The notes below the pieces were generated by a model. The model saw only the letters and a program-made list of their open reading frames with translations, searched no databases and had not been told where the DNA came from. A DNA stretch of 63,940 nucleotides, the filler included, from Octopus bimaculoides (lineage: Eukaryota), in the NCBI RefSeq assembly GCF_001194135.2. It is 5 parts of 5 records of this genome, joined end to end, with 100 filler letters (N's around TTAATTAATTAA, not from the genome) between each part and the next. Parts side by side here need not be neighbours in the genome. Positions count along the whole stretch, not along the records: positions 23,019 to 53,896 come from NC_068981.1; positions 53,997 to 62,655 come from NC_068982.1; positions 62,756 to 63,940 come from NW_026406446.1; 2 more parts are not named here. One strand, given 5' to 3'. Both the position numbers and the translations under genes were made by a program. Within the stretch, counting starts at the first letter, position 1, and each line of letters opens with the position of its first letter. Below, piece by piece: positions 51,117 through 63,185 of this stretch.

Positions 51117-51252
51117 ACAGACTGTATATGAAAAGAAAGAATGGTGGCAGAGGACTGATTAGTATAGGCCATTGTAGAAGGAGTGAAAGGAGAACGCTTG
51201 CCAATTATTTGATAAATAGTGATGAAGATATGCTGCAATATACTGGGACCCA
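51117..51252 (+). mobile_element. Short R4/Dong-like fragment
   Basis: MKRKNGGRGLISIGHCRRSERRTLANYLINSDEDMLQY, closely similar to 57660-57790. Confidence 0.75.
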
Positions 51253-51839
51253 TATTATTATTGATAATTTTAAATGCTATAGGCAGAATGATGGTGGTAA
51301 TGATAATCACTTTGGTTATGCAGGCGACACACTGCAAGCATGTTATTTATATATATGTGTATGTACATACATGTGCACGTGTATATACAAATAAAAAGAG
51401 GAAAAGAGAGATGGGATCTCAATAACAACTCTTTTGGGACCCCCATAAACGACTCATGAAATCATGATGCAACACAAGGAAAGAATTAACGGCGTGAATG
51501 AAGCTATAGCCGATCATAGTGAAGGTTTCCCGCCTGGCACGTCCGAAACCACCCACATCAAGGGCAGTGATCTGGCCTTGGACAGTCGTTATATCACAAC
51601 AGATCACATACATGGTGTGTGCAAAAACAGATATAAGTGAACAAAAGAATAGTACGATACACTTATTGAATGTCATGAAAGAGCAAAGCTGGAAAGAAGT
51701 TATAGAGTAGGCCAATGTACCTTGAAATTTTGGATGGAAAAGGACATGTGTCCAATGTCTGAAAATAAACTAATGAACTAAGTGAGTGATTAGGAGGAAG
51801 GGTTACTTAAATGGAGCAGCAATATCTTGGATTAGTGAG

Positions 51840-53640
51840 AGTCTGAGAGACCCTGCAGATGGGGTACAAAGGATGGTCGGAGTTGAAAACAGAGGTAGGA
51901 GTTGAAAGTAAAGAGAAGAATAGACAGGAGGAACAGAGGAATGGTGATGGAGCTGTTAAGGATGAGGAATGGGAATGTTATACAGTGAACCCTGATTCTG
52001 TGGTGGGTGGACATGCAGGGGAAAAGAACCAACTAGATAATGAATTGCTTGAAATTCAAAGACGGATGACTCACCGACTTGATGAAAGCTCCAGAAGAAA
52101 AAAATCCCTATGAATATGAGAAGGGTAGATAGGAGTATGATAAATAAAGTAACACAAAAGATAAATATTGTCATACATACATCCAGACGGAGGACATAGC
52201 ACAAACAAGGAATCTTCTCCAAGCTATTGCGCTACTTGTTGAAGAGAAATTATAACTTAGAACAAAAAATGGTGGAGCAAAAGAACCATGGTGGAAACGA
52301 CACATTGAAAAGGACATAATGCGACCAAGGCAAGATTTAAGGAAAAAATTGAGCAATGGTTAAGAGGAAACTGGAAAAATGGGAAAAAGACAAACTGAGA
52401 AAAATTAGAGAAGAAATATAAAATACGGAAGAACGGGTTTGATGCAGTAATAAAGTAGTTAAAACAGAGGATCATGGCAAAAAGTCTGAAGATCAGAAGA
52501 TTTGTGAACAGAAAGAAGCAGTTTGAGGAGAACAGATTGTTCAAAAATAATCCAAAGTAATTCTTCTGAACATTAGGAGATAATGGGGAAAATGTTGCTC
52601 CTGATGCAAATCAAGCCAAGGAGTTCTGGAGCAGATTATGAGGAAACAATGTGATGCATAAAAAGGATGCCATGTGGATAGGAAATATCAAGACAGAATT
52701 ACAAGGAGGAAAGAAACAAAGGAATATTGCTATAAGCACGGGTGATGTGAAACAAGTGGGTAAAGTGCCTAACTGGAAAGCCCCTGGACCAGATGGGATA
52801 CATGGCTTCTGGCTGAAGAGATGCCATGCGGTGCATGAAAGGCTTACAGCCCAATTGAATGAGTGTGTCCAGAAAGGTACAGTCCCCGTGTGGGAGGACA
52901 ACACTTATAATGAAAGATAGAAGAAAGGGGGAATATTGTAGGAAACTACCGTCCCATAGCATGCCTAAACATAATCTGGAAGATACTCACTGGAATATGT
53001 GCGGCAAAGACATACACTTTCTTGGCACAGGAAGAAATACTACCAAAGGTACTAAAAGGATGTAGGAAGAGTTCTCAGGGTATCAAGGATCACCTGGTCA
53101 TCGATAAAAAAGTTTTGAGGCATTGTAAAAAACATACAAACATGTCTATGGCTTGGATTGACTTTAAGAAGGCATATGATGTGATGCCTCATTCTTGGAT
53201 TGTTGAATGCCTGCAGATGTTTGGAGTTGCTGACAACATCACAAATTTTCTGATGCATAGCATGAAAGAGTGGAAAACCAAATTGTACTCAAGTAATGTA
53301 TTCCTTGGAGAAGTTAATATTAAAAGGGGATTCTTCCAAGGTGACTTATTTTTTCCATTACTTTTTGCAATTGCACTAATACCCATAATAATGACACTTA
53401 GGAAAGTTAAGATGGGTTACTGATGTGGGAAGAAAGGCCCATCATTGAAATTGTGACTTGAAATTGGGAAATCTGAAAAACAGATAGATTTCTTAACCAA
53501 AACTCTCCAAAAGTGTGGTAGGGACATCGGTATGGAATTTGGGATTACCAAATGCTCAGTACTTAATATGAAAAGAGGGAAAAAAGCAGCCTGCAGAGGA
53601 TTGCAGTTACCATCAAGAGAGACCATAGATGAACCTGATG
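51840..53640 (+). mobile_element. R4/Dong-like RLE non-LTR retrotransposon relic (N-terminus plus RT)
   Basis: KEPWWKR, WKAPGPDGIHGFWLK, NYRPIACL, KDHLVIDK, AWIDFKKAYDVMPHSWI, IKRGFFQGDLFFPLLF, GMEFGITKC; cut off by an RTE tail at 53645. Confidence 0.85.
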
Positions 53641-53644
53641 GTAG

Positions 53645-53896
53645 TCATCATCATCATCATCATCATCGTTTAACGTCCGCTTTCCATGCTAGCATGGGTT
53701 GGACGATTTGACTGAGGACTGGTGAAACCGGATGGCAACACCAGGCTCCAGTCTGATTTGGCAGAGTTTCTACAGCTGGATGCCCTTCCTAACGCCAACC
53801 ACTCAGAGAGTGTAGTGGGTGCTTTTACGTGTCACCTGCACGAAAACGGCCACGCTCGAAATGGTGTCTTTTATGTGCCACCCGCAGAAGCCAGTC
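53645..53896 (-). mobile_element. RTE LINE 3' tail, young copy
   Basis: (CAT)n CGTTTAACGTCCGCTTTCCATGCTAGCATGGG..., reverse complement of 23019-23344. Confidence 0.85.
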
Positions 53897-54619
53897 NNNN
53901 NNNNNNNNNNNNNNNNNNNNNNNNNNNNNNNNNNNNNNNNTTAATTAATTAANNNNNNNNNNNNNNNNNNNNNNNNNNNNNNNNNNNNNNNNNNNNTATA
54001 TATATATATATATATATATATGTCCGCTGGCAGATATGTTTGTTTGTACGTATGCATCATTTTCAGCTTATAGTGTAGAACATTTTATTCTCTAAAGATA
54101 ATCCTCTATTCTGAACTGATATCAACTTCTGGCTCTATAAATTTGCTTTCCACCAACAATCACATTACTATTGCTAATAGAGTACCATAGTCCATCTCGT
54201 ATTAAATATATTTGTAATACAGTTTCATCGAATTAAGTTGGAATCTCCTCTAATCCTTCTGTTGTTTGTTCATTTTGCTTTTAAATTATGTTAGCGAAAT
54301 CATTTAGAATTAATATAAGAGCAATACTATTATCAGTGATCTAGTGGCAAGATGTGAGAATATTTAAGCAGCGTTGAATACTTTGTGAAATATGTATTTT
54401 GTTACGCAATAACAATGTACCACATATATTCGTATTAATAATCCAAATAATAATAACTAGTGGTTCCCGTGTAAATTCCACGGTTAGTTTGAAAAGTTTC
54501 TGATGAAATTGTATACTTTTCTGAAATATTTGATTGTTTAGTAGATGTAAATCTCAACATAGGTCCTAGTGAATTGGCAATCAACCAATGAATCAATGAA
54601 TCAATGAATCATTCAATTT

Positions 54620-54627
54620 CTCTTTCA

Positions 54628-54688
<61 letters not shown>

Positions 54689-54991
54689 CTCTCTCTCTTT
54701 CTCTCTCACTCTTTCCTCTCGTTTCAACTATGTACCGAATTCNNNNNNNNNNNNNNNNNNNNNNNNNNNNNNNNNNNNNNNNNNNNNNNNNNNNNNNNNN
54801 NNNNNNNNCTATGTACCGAATCCTGCGCTTAACGCATTTACATTTCTTTCTCTCTATTTCTATAACTTTCATCAACTCACTAACCAAACAGCTTAATAGC
54901 TAACAATCTTACCTCTCAGTGCTAACACTCTTCTCTCTCTCTCTATCTCTCTATCTCTATCTCTCTCTTTCTCTCTCTCGCTCGCTCTCTA

Positions 54992-55072
<81 letters not shown>
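54620..55072. repeat. Two (CT)n tracts (about 54620-54715 and 54925-55072)
   Basis: Direct reading; CTATGTACCGAAT is duplicated across the intervening gap. Confidence 0.9.
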
Positions 55073-55078
<6 letters not shown>

Positions 55079-55488
55079 CTCCCTTGAACTCACATATTCG
55101 GTTTTAGTGTAATAACTATTATATTAATACGTGTCACTCCTTCTTTTACTCTTGCTCTTTGCCTCTTCTTTGAACTAACCACATGACGGCATAATGCACT
55201 TGGCCTTAGCGTATTGGTATATAAATGATCTCTACTATCGATCCAAGACATGAGACATAAGAAGAATGGACTCGTCGATTACACTGATCCCTGTTTTCAA
55301 ATGTTACTTACTTTTTAAACCCCGAAAGGTTGAAAGGCAAACTCAACCTCGGCTGAATTTGAACTCAGACCGTAAAGCCTGAAGAAATATTGCTATACTT
55401 TTTATCCGGCATATTAACAAATCTGCCAGCTCACTACGCTAATGCTACTAATGCTGCTGTTGCTGCTGCTGCTGATGATGATGATGAT

Positions 55489-55490
<2 letters not shown>

Positions 55491-55552
<62 letters not shown>
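55491..55552. repeat. (TAA) microsatellite, about 20 units
   Basis: Direct reading. Confidence 0.95.
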
Positions 55553-55555
<3 letters not shown>

Positions 55556-56699
55556 TTTCCCCTTACATATCTACAATTTTGTCTGCCCGAACACACAAAT
55601 GATGATCTTTGAAAACTTTAAAAAAACGTTAATATTTGCATCTTCTGTGGATAACTATCCTTTCCTTTCTTCCTGAAAGTTCAAAAATGTAAACGTACTT
55701 TTTTACTGTCAGAGATCTACAGTTTACTCTGTTCGGACATACAAACGAACATATTTAGAAAATTTAGAACTTTAATATCTACAATTTTCTATGAAAAATC
55801 TACCCTTCTTTTCACCTTGACTACTCGAATATGTAAACATTACTTTTATTGCAACAAATTACACGCCCGATAAAATTAAAGAGATAAGCACCTGCCAATA
55901 TATACAAACTGTACAATTACGAAGACTGTAAACCACAGCAAAACATAGAGAAAGAAATGAAAATTTGAAACAAACAAATCCCAAAATTCAAAAGTTCAGA
56001 GATGGAAACATCACGCTATATTATTATTTTTCTATCAATAATTAAAAACAGAGCAAGGTGAATTGGTTCTTTCCAAGGCCAAGGTCAGCTTACTCATTGA
56101 TCGCTAGAAGTAGTAAACACATTTGACCGCAAAAGTTTGTCGTATCTTTTGTTCCCTGGTCGCACGAGAATGCGAAGCCCCATAGTTGATTTCCTTCTTA
56201 CCATCTTACAGACCGATGGAATTTGATCTATTCACCAACCTGTTTATCTCACACATACTATCTCCTCCATCCCTCCCATATTTATGATTATCTCAAGTAC
56301 AAGACGAAAGTCGAAATTAAACAACATTTAATAATACCACACAGTTGTAGGAGCAATGCAACAGGAGACCTAAAAAAAGACCAACAACAAAACGTAGTGA
56401 CACAATACAATATCCACCCCCGCAAGGAAAAATGCAGCACACACAACATCGGCAGATCAAAGGTGCAACGAATAATGTAATATAAAGTTGCTTGAAACTT
56501 CCAGATGTTGAAAAATAATAGTGGTAATGACGATGGTGACGAACGTTATTTTACTTCGGTTTATGAGAGACAGGAGTTTCAGAAGAATTCTGATTGTAAC
56601 AGCCAGCATGAAGCTGGACCTTTAATGAGAAGGCCCCTAGATCGGCAGTAGATCAGGAAAGATACAAACTGACTGCAGTTGTCATCCTAATACAGCATC

Positions 56700-58345
56700 A
56701 GTACATAATTGAGCCAGGAGGAGGAAGTGGACCAGCGAAGAAAACAGGATAGTGATACAGGGGTACTTAGAAAGTGAAACTAATAGAACCGGCTACAGAA
56801 AACGGATGCTAAAACTTTGGGTAAAAAAGGATATGTTTAATGTGTCTGAGCAGAGATTAGTTGAAGCTAAGAAAGTGGATGAGAGAATTGGAGGCAGTAC
56901 AAGTCACAAGAGAACTGGAAAAAGAGGAACAGGTAGTGGGAATCACAAATAATAATATAAGAGATACAACTCAAACCAAAGAAGAACCTAAAGGAAAAAA
57001 TAATAGTAGCGATATCAATAAGAAAGGGACAACAGGCACCAACGACTTATATGATTCAAATGAGGAAGGTCAGGAGACATTTTAGCCAAGTTGTTGGTGC
57101 CTTATAATGTTGGCAATATTTTTCTTACTTCTTTATTCATTAGTAAAGAAGTAAGAAAAAGATTGCCAACATTATAAGGCACCAACACAAGGAAACTACA
57201 AGAAATAAATAGGAAAGTAGACTGTGTTATCAGTACGATAGATACCAAAAAACATACAAGATACGAACTTTTTGATCTATGCAAGCAGAGTAGTAGTCAC
57301 TAGAAGATTAGATATCTCACAGGGAAAGATTTAAAAAGGGCAAATGTGGAAAAGGAGTCTAGAAAATAAAGTGAAGATTTTAAGACAAGATCTGAATCGA
57401 ATAAAAGCCTGGAAAATAAATAAGGTAGGAAACACAAGATGCAAATCTTGTCTCAAGTAAAGATACTTAGTCAAAGAGAAACGATTTGGGTCAATAATAG
57501 TAGAGTTGAAATCGAAAAATTTGAATACCGCAATGAATATCTGGGCAGTTACGGTGGTCAGATATAGCGCATTCATCCTCAAATGGACTAAGGAGGAAAT
57601 ATCAGAAGGATGAGAATGTTGAGGACCTACATGGAGCGCTACACTCTAAAGCAAACGTAAACAGACTGTATATGAAAAGAAAGAATGGTGGCAGAGAACT
57701 AATTAGTATAGACCATTGTATAAGGAGTGAAAGGAGAAGGCTTGCTGTGTATTTGATAAATAGTGCTAGAGACCTGCTGCAATATGCTGCGAAAGATATC
57801 GGGGTAAATGCAGATGAAATGATGAGCAAGGAAGACTTTAACCAAAGAGGTGAGAAGAGAAAAGAACACGTTGAAATGACAACGGATGGACAGTTTGAAA
57901 GGAATACACTAGACATTAAGGATAATACAGCATTTTGGGAATGGCTTGAGCGAGGTGATTTGAAGAGCATCACCGAAAGCCTGATCATTGCTGTACAAGA
58001 CCAGGCTCTCGCTACCAATTCAGTAAAGTATAACATCTGTAAAACCTCTGATACCCAAAAATGCAGACACTGTGGAAAGAGTGTGGAAAATGTGACCTAC
58101 TTGGTAAGTGGATGTGAGAGCCTTGCACAAAAAGAATAAAAACGCCGCCGCAATAAAGTGTGTATCTTCATTGGCTCTTATGCTGTCAATACCAATATGA
58201 AGTAACAGAGAGCTGGTACGAGCACGTAGCAAATAAAGTTATGCAGGAGGATGGAGAAGTAACGATACTCTGGGACTATGATTTTCAGACGGTTCGTGTA
58301 ATCGAATACCGTCGGCCTGATATTGTCATATTGGGTAAGAGACAA
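56700..58345 (+). mobile_element. Second R4/Dong-like relic: N-terminus joined to post-RT, CCHC and RLE regions; RT core missing
   Basis: GYRKRMLKLW...SEQRL; AMNIWAVTVVRYSA; WLERGDLKSITESLIIAVQDQAL; CRHCGKSVENVTYLVSGC (CCHC with H to Y); WYEHV...ILWDYDFQT..IEYRRPDIV. Confidence 0.85.
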
Positions 58346-58547
58346 ATTGTCCAAGAGTTTCTGCTACCGCTTCTGGAATATCTGAGCACTGATGACTTTC
58401 CAACTTTTGCGAATTCACTGTTGCTAGTTGTGGGATGATTCCAACTGCCGACTAGATCACCTGTACAGCATCAACTCTTGATCCGCCCAATTTGCACCAA
58501 CAAACATTATGTATATGAGTATATGCGTGTGTGTGTGTGAGTGTGTA

Positions 58548-58618
<71 letters not shown>

Positions 58619-61551
58619 GCATAAATATACACGTATGTGTGTGTGCGTGTATTTTTCTCTTGATATTCATATATTTACGCCGAATAATATGGTCATATTT
58701 AATATTCAAAAAATTTCATCTAATGTGTCTTTTTTCCTGTATTTCATTAATCTCTTGAATTAAAAATTTATATGCTAGGACATTCTACGTATATTCAACA
58801 TGTTTGAATTCCTCGTTTTCTATCTATGAAGACTCTATGTATAGTTCTGTAAATACAATAATATCTTCCTTCATTCTCTTCAATTTAATTTACATTTTCT
58901 CTGTCACATTGTTTTATTTTATAATTTATTCCTCTAATCTGTTATCACCAGAGTAGTCGCAAAATTGATTCTGTTTATTCGATTAACAACGATAAAGAGT
59001 GAGACGATTTTTCTATTTTGTTGAAGAGATGGAATTCCAGGATATATAATGTAATAATTATCTAATGTTTAATCTAATATACTATACAAACATTTTGTTA
59101 TAATTTCGTTATTTTTATTTGTAATTTTCGTTTATTGCTCTGTTTCTTCGTTTAGTTTTGTGGATGAACACTGTCGTAAGAATGGGTAACGTATTTTTGC
59201 ATCCGTTCGAAACACAGTCATGAAATAGAAGAAGAGAAGAAGAGAAAGCTTTGGAATAATTATTATATCGTTTGCTGCCTCGAGTTCGAGTGCCGTTAAA
59301 GTCAAATTTCTATATATTTTGTCGATATAGGAAACGTGTCCGTTGACAGAACTTGTTCGTCGGGTGAGAATACTTTGGGTATTGTTTGGTTTTTCTTTTT
59401 AAATTTCCAACTGCGAAACTAGCAAAAACACTTTCGTTTTATTTTTGACAAGGGCCGCTCCGTCGAGAAATGAATTTGGACAACTGTTGGTCCTAACAAT
59501 GAATATTGCTTGCGGCTGCATTTGAAGGGTATCCTTTCATGTTCAAAATAACAGGGTTTCCAAACTGACGGAATCTACGAATTGCGATGGCTTCATTACA
59601 ATTGTTTAATGCACTAAACTATATTGTAAAGCACAAAACAATTGCAATGAAAACGACGGCTACGTTGGTATTAACACATGTTAAAGTAAACATTAAGATA
59701 ATAATACTTTTAATAACTAATAGTGAATTCAGAGAATTCTATTTATATACTGGTCTTTTTATATCATCAAATCATAGCATTTTAACAAAGTAGTAATGCG
59801 TTGCCATATTAGTGATAAGAGAATATCTATGTAGACGTGCAACGAAGTACAGAAATAGGTGTTTTCAGTATATATCTAAAAATGAGTTTAATTAATATGG
59901 AACTACCAGTATGGAGGCACTGATGTTAGCGTTACCGATTATATTTTGACTCTTAACACAGGTAAGATCAGTGCCCGTGACACGTTTGCAAGCTTTTCCA
60001 AGCTGGTTGGAGGGAGGTAGACATCTCAAAATGGAGAATGTTTGCAACAGAGATCACTACGCTAAAGTCACTGGATGTGCAAGGTGGTGGCGTCAAATCG
60101 GGAGATATTAACGTCTTCCAACAAAGTTGACCATAGCAGTATACGAAATCAAAAGGCAAAATTCAAGGGCAAATAACCGAAAGTGTCCAGTCCTACGGTC
60201 ATACATTTTCCTCGATCCATCACCTCAGACTTGTTTTGTTTGTCTGCCTTGTATCGATGAAATGCATATTTCGCCTCTGGGACTCAACCCGCTGTAAGCA
60301 GAACTATATACTACCAGGTATTCTATTTGGTATTCTAACCATCTTTCAGATATATCATCAGATGAGCTGGGTGAGAAGTTCTGCATTTTAGTACAGTGTC
60401 ATAACAGACTTATCTGCACCGTAATTGTGACACAATGGTTCACATCGATTTGCTATATATTTTCATGGCATGAGAATGCTAGAGATTGTTGCGCCATGAA
60501 AATGTGTTCATCTAATATCCAGGTGGCACATACGAGTTTGTACGCATACGTGCGTGTGTGTATGTGTGAGTGAATGTATTTCATGTTGTGTCGGTATTTT
60601 GCGAATACTCTGTGGTGGATAGGAGTTCTCTATTCTGCATCGTCTACTACCTGAGTGGCGCATAGAAAAATGAACGATATTTTTTTAGTTTACGTCATTA
60701 GATTTGTAACATTTTTGCCCAGAATAAACGATACGAGGAAAGTGATCATGCTCCTGAAAAAAATTGTAGATTTTGCTAAAACTCAAATCAACTCTGATGC
60801 AGCAGTGACATCCTTAATCACCTTATTCCTTCTGGTACTAGTACGAGTATGTTTGTGATTTTGTAAGGTTATTATACATTTGCAGTTAATTAGCGTAGCT
60901 TTACAGATAAAATTACATTTTATATACACTCAAGTTCCTCAGAATGATTTGATAGCCAATACTAGAAATCACCACATTAATCACATTATGGATGAATTAA
61001 TTGCTAAGCGTTTTGACGTAAAGTAACATTATACACTATAAGAAGCAATTTGGGATATAAATTTACTCTAACAAGATATGTCGTTATCAACTACATTAAA
61101 TGTTCTAATACAGATAACATATCAAGATTTAAAAGTTGACAGGATAAATAGACTTAGGTAGTTATCATGCGATACTAGGGCTGTTTATTTAATTGGTAAC
61201 GCACTTGTATGTTATAGTATACATGCGTTGTTCCATAACACTCAAGTTTTCCTAGTTTCTAGTTTCAACTTTATATTATAACTACAATTATTTTTACAAT
61301 GCTGTGAGAGATTACTGGCGAAATCTGTGCGATTAAAAATGATATCAATGTGTGTCGTATCTGTGCAGTATCTTCTATAAATAATTGGAATTCTCCCATA
61401 TATTATACAAAAAAAAAATAAATTCATCTAACTTACTGCTAAAAATTTCCAATTATTTATGAAATATGCTCCTGGAAATATATTTTATAAAGGGAATAAA
61501 CAAACGCTTGGATAGGAAAAAAAGATAAATATCTTTTCTGTGTCATAAATA

Positions 61552-61602
61552 TTCAGGGGACCGGTTTCTCGGTTTCCGGGGACAATGTATTCCCCATCTG
61601 AA
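61552..61602 (-). ncRNA. Decayed hammerhead motif downstream of the PLE ORF
   Basis: Minus strand: TTCAG-AT-GGGGA-ATACATTG-TCCCC-G-GAAACC-GA-GAAACCGGTC|CCCTGAA. Stems I and II, ACCGGU palindrome and GUC are present; CUGANGA box partly deleted; GAAACCG duplicated. Confidence 0.5.
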
Positions 61603-61975
61603 CTTCATGGAAGTTCGTTGCAGANNNNNNNNNNNNNNNNNNNNNNNNNNNNNNNNNNNNNNNNNNNNNNNNNNNNNNNNNNNNNNNNNNNNNNNNNNNN
61701 NNNNNNNNNNNNNNNNNNNNNNNNNNNNNNNNNNNNNNNNNNNNNNNNNNNNNNNNNNNNNNNNNNNNNNNNNNNNNNNNNNNNNNNNNNNNNNNNNNNN
61801 NNNNNNNNNNNNNNNNNNNNNNNNNNNNNNNNNNNNNNNNNNNNNNNNNNNNNNNNNNNNNNNNNNNNNNNNNNNNNNNNNNNNNNNNNNNNNNNNNNNN
61901 NNNNNNNNNNNNNNNNNNNNNNNNNNNNNNNNNNNNNNNNNNNNNATATATATATTCGGTCTTCATTTAAAAAGG

Positions 61976-62655
61976 GGTGTGGGGTGGGGAATGTGAGGAT
62001 AGGGTGGTATCAATGAAGAGAAGAGGAAGATGGAAGTGAAGAGATGAAGTGGGTGTCAGATGAAGAGACGAAGGGAGTTTAACCCATGCGTCGCAAAGGA
62101 GCGAGCAGAGAAAATTAATTCCGGTTCACGCGAAGGCGGAAGTCTGTATGGCTCCTGTTTAAAGATAGTCCGAACACAAATAGATTTTGCAGTAAATGAC
62201 CAGTAGAGCGGAATTGGCGTGAGACCGGGGTGTCATTGCAGAATCTGATTTCTCTGAAGTGTTCCGCGAAGCGGTCAGCCATGCGGCGTCCCGTTTGACC
62301 GATGTTCAGTGAAGGGCAGAAAGAGCAGGAGATGCAGAAAACGACGTTACTAGAAATACAAATAGACAAGTCGGTGATGTGAGAAGGACTATGATCGGTA
62401 CCAGTGAGGACGGTGGACGGTTCGAGAGATAGGGATAAGTACGACAACGTGGGCGTGGGCAGGGGATCGAGCCAGGCTGGGAGGTGGCGTTAGGGAAGAA
62501 ACAGTGGACCAGTAGCTCACGCACGTTATGGACTCATTTGAAGGAGGGAAGGGGTAGGTCGAGGATGTGCATCGTGGAGGAGTCGGACTGGAGTCGCTGG
62601 AAGGCTCGGAAAACGGTGCGTTCGAGAAAAGGGTTGAGGGTTGGTAGGTGAGGGA
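61976..62655 (-). mobile_element. Penelope-like element 3' part: linker, GIY-YIG endonuclease remnant (62056-62655) and pyrimidine-rich 3' region
   Basis: LTYQP...NVRELLVH...PGSIPCPRPRCRTYPY (CCHH-type linker); NVVFCISCSFCPSLNIGQTGRRMADRFAEH (GIY-YIG); LIFSARSFATHGLN terminus; frameshifts. Confidence 0.9.
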
Positions 62656-62782
62656 NNNNNNNNNNNNNNNNNNNNNNNNNNNNNNNNNNNNNNNNNNNNT
62701 TAATTAATTAANNNNNNNNNNNNNNNNNNNNNNNNNNNNNNNNNNNNNNNNNNNNTATATATTTATATATATTTATATATTA

Positions 62783-63185
62783 CATGGAAAAATGTGAGCA
62801 AGAGAAATAATATTCTTAAGATAATAAATCTGGAGAGGTACAAGACAAATTATTACATCTGGTAAAGTACAGAGCAAGAAAATGTTTACTTAGAATATTG
62901 CAGCTAAGGATAAAATTTCAAATAAAATATTTAGATTTAGAAAATATTAGCTTTTATTAAAACTAAAAATTTTATTACAAGTTATTACTTGTTATTTCTA
63001 TTAGAAATAAAAAAAATAACTCACAATATTTTATTCTTAGCTGCCATATTTTAAGTAAAGATTTTCTTGTTCTGTACTTTACCAGATGTAACAACTTGTC
63101 CTGAACTTTTCCAAGTGTAAAACTTCTGTACTTTTCCAGGTTTATAATCTTAAGATATTATTTCTCTTGCTTGCATTTTTCCATG
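62783..63185. mobile_element. About 400-bp foldback/MITE with long TIRs (about 140-165 bp) and TA flanks
   Basis: TA-CATGGAAAAATG(TG/CA)AGCAAGAGAAATAATAT...TTACATCTGGTAAAGTACAGA.CAAGAAAAT...GCAGCTAAG.ATAAAAT matches the reverse complement of the right arm ending CCATG-TA; one arm has a 24-bp indel. Confidence 0.82.

Noticed and set aside
59220-60240. CpG-rich segments with faint piggyBac or Helitron-like peptide hints
   Set aside because: No diagnostic motif could be aligned by eye; needs a Dfam/TBLASTX search.
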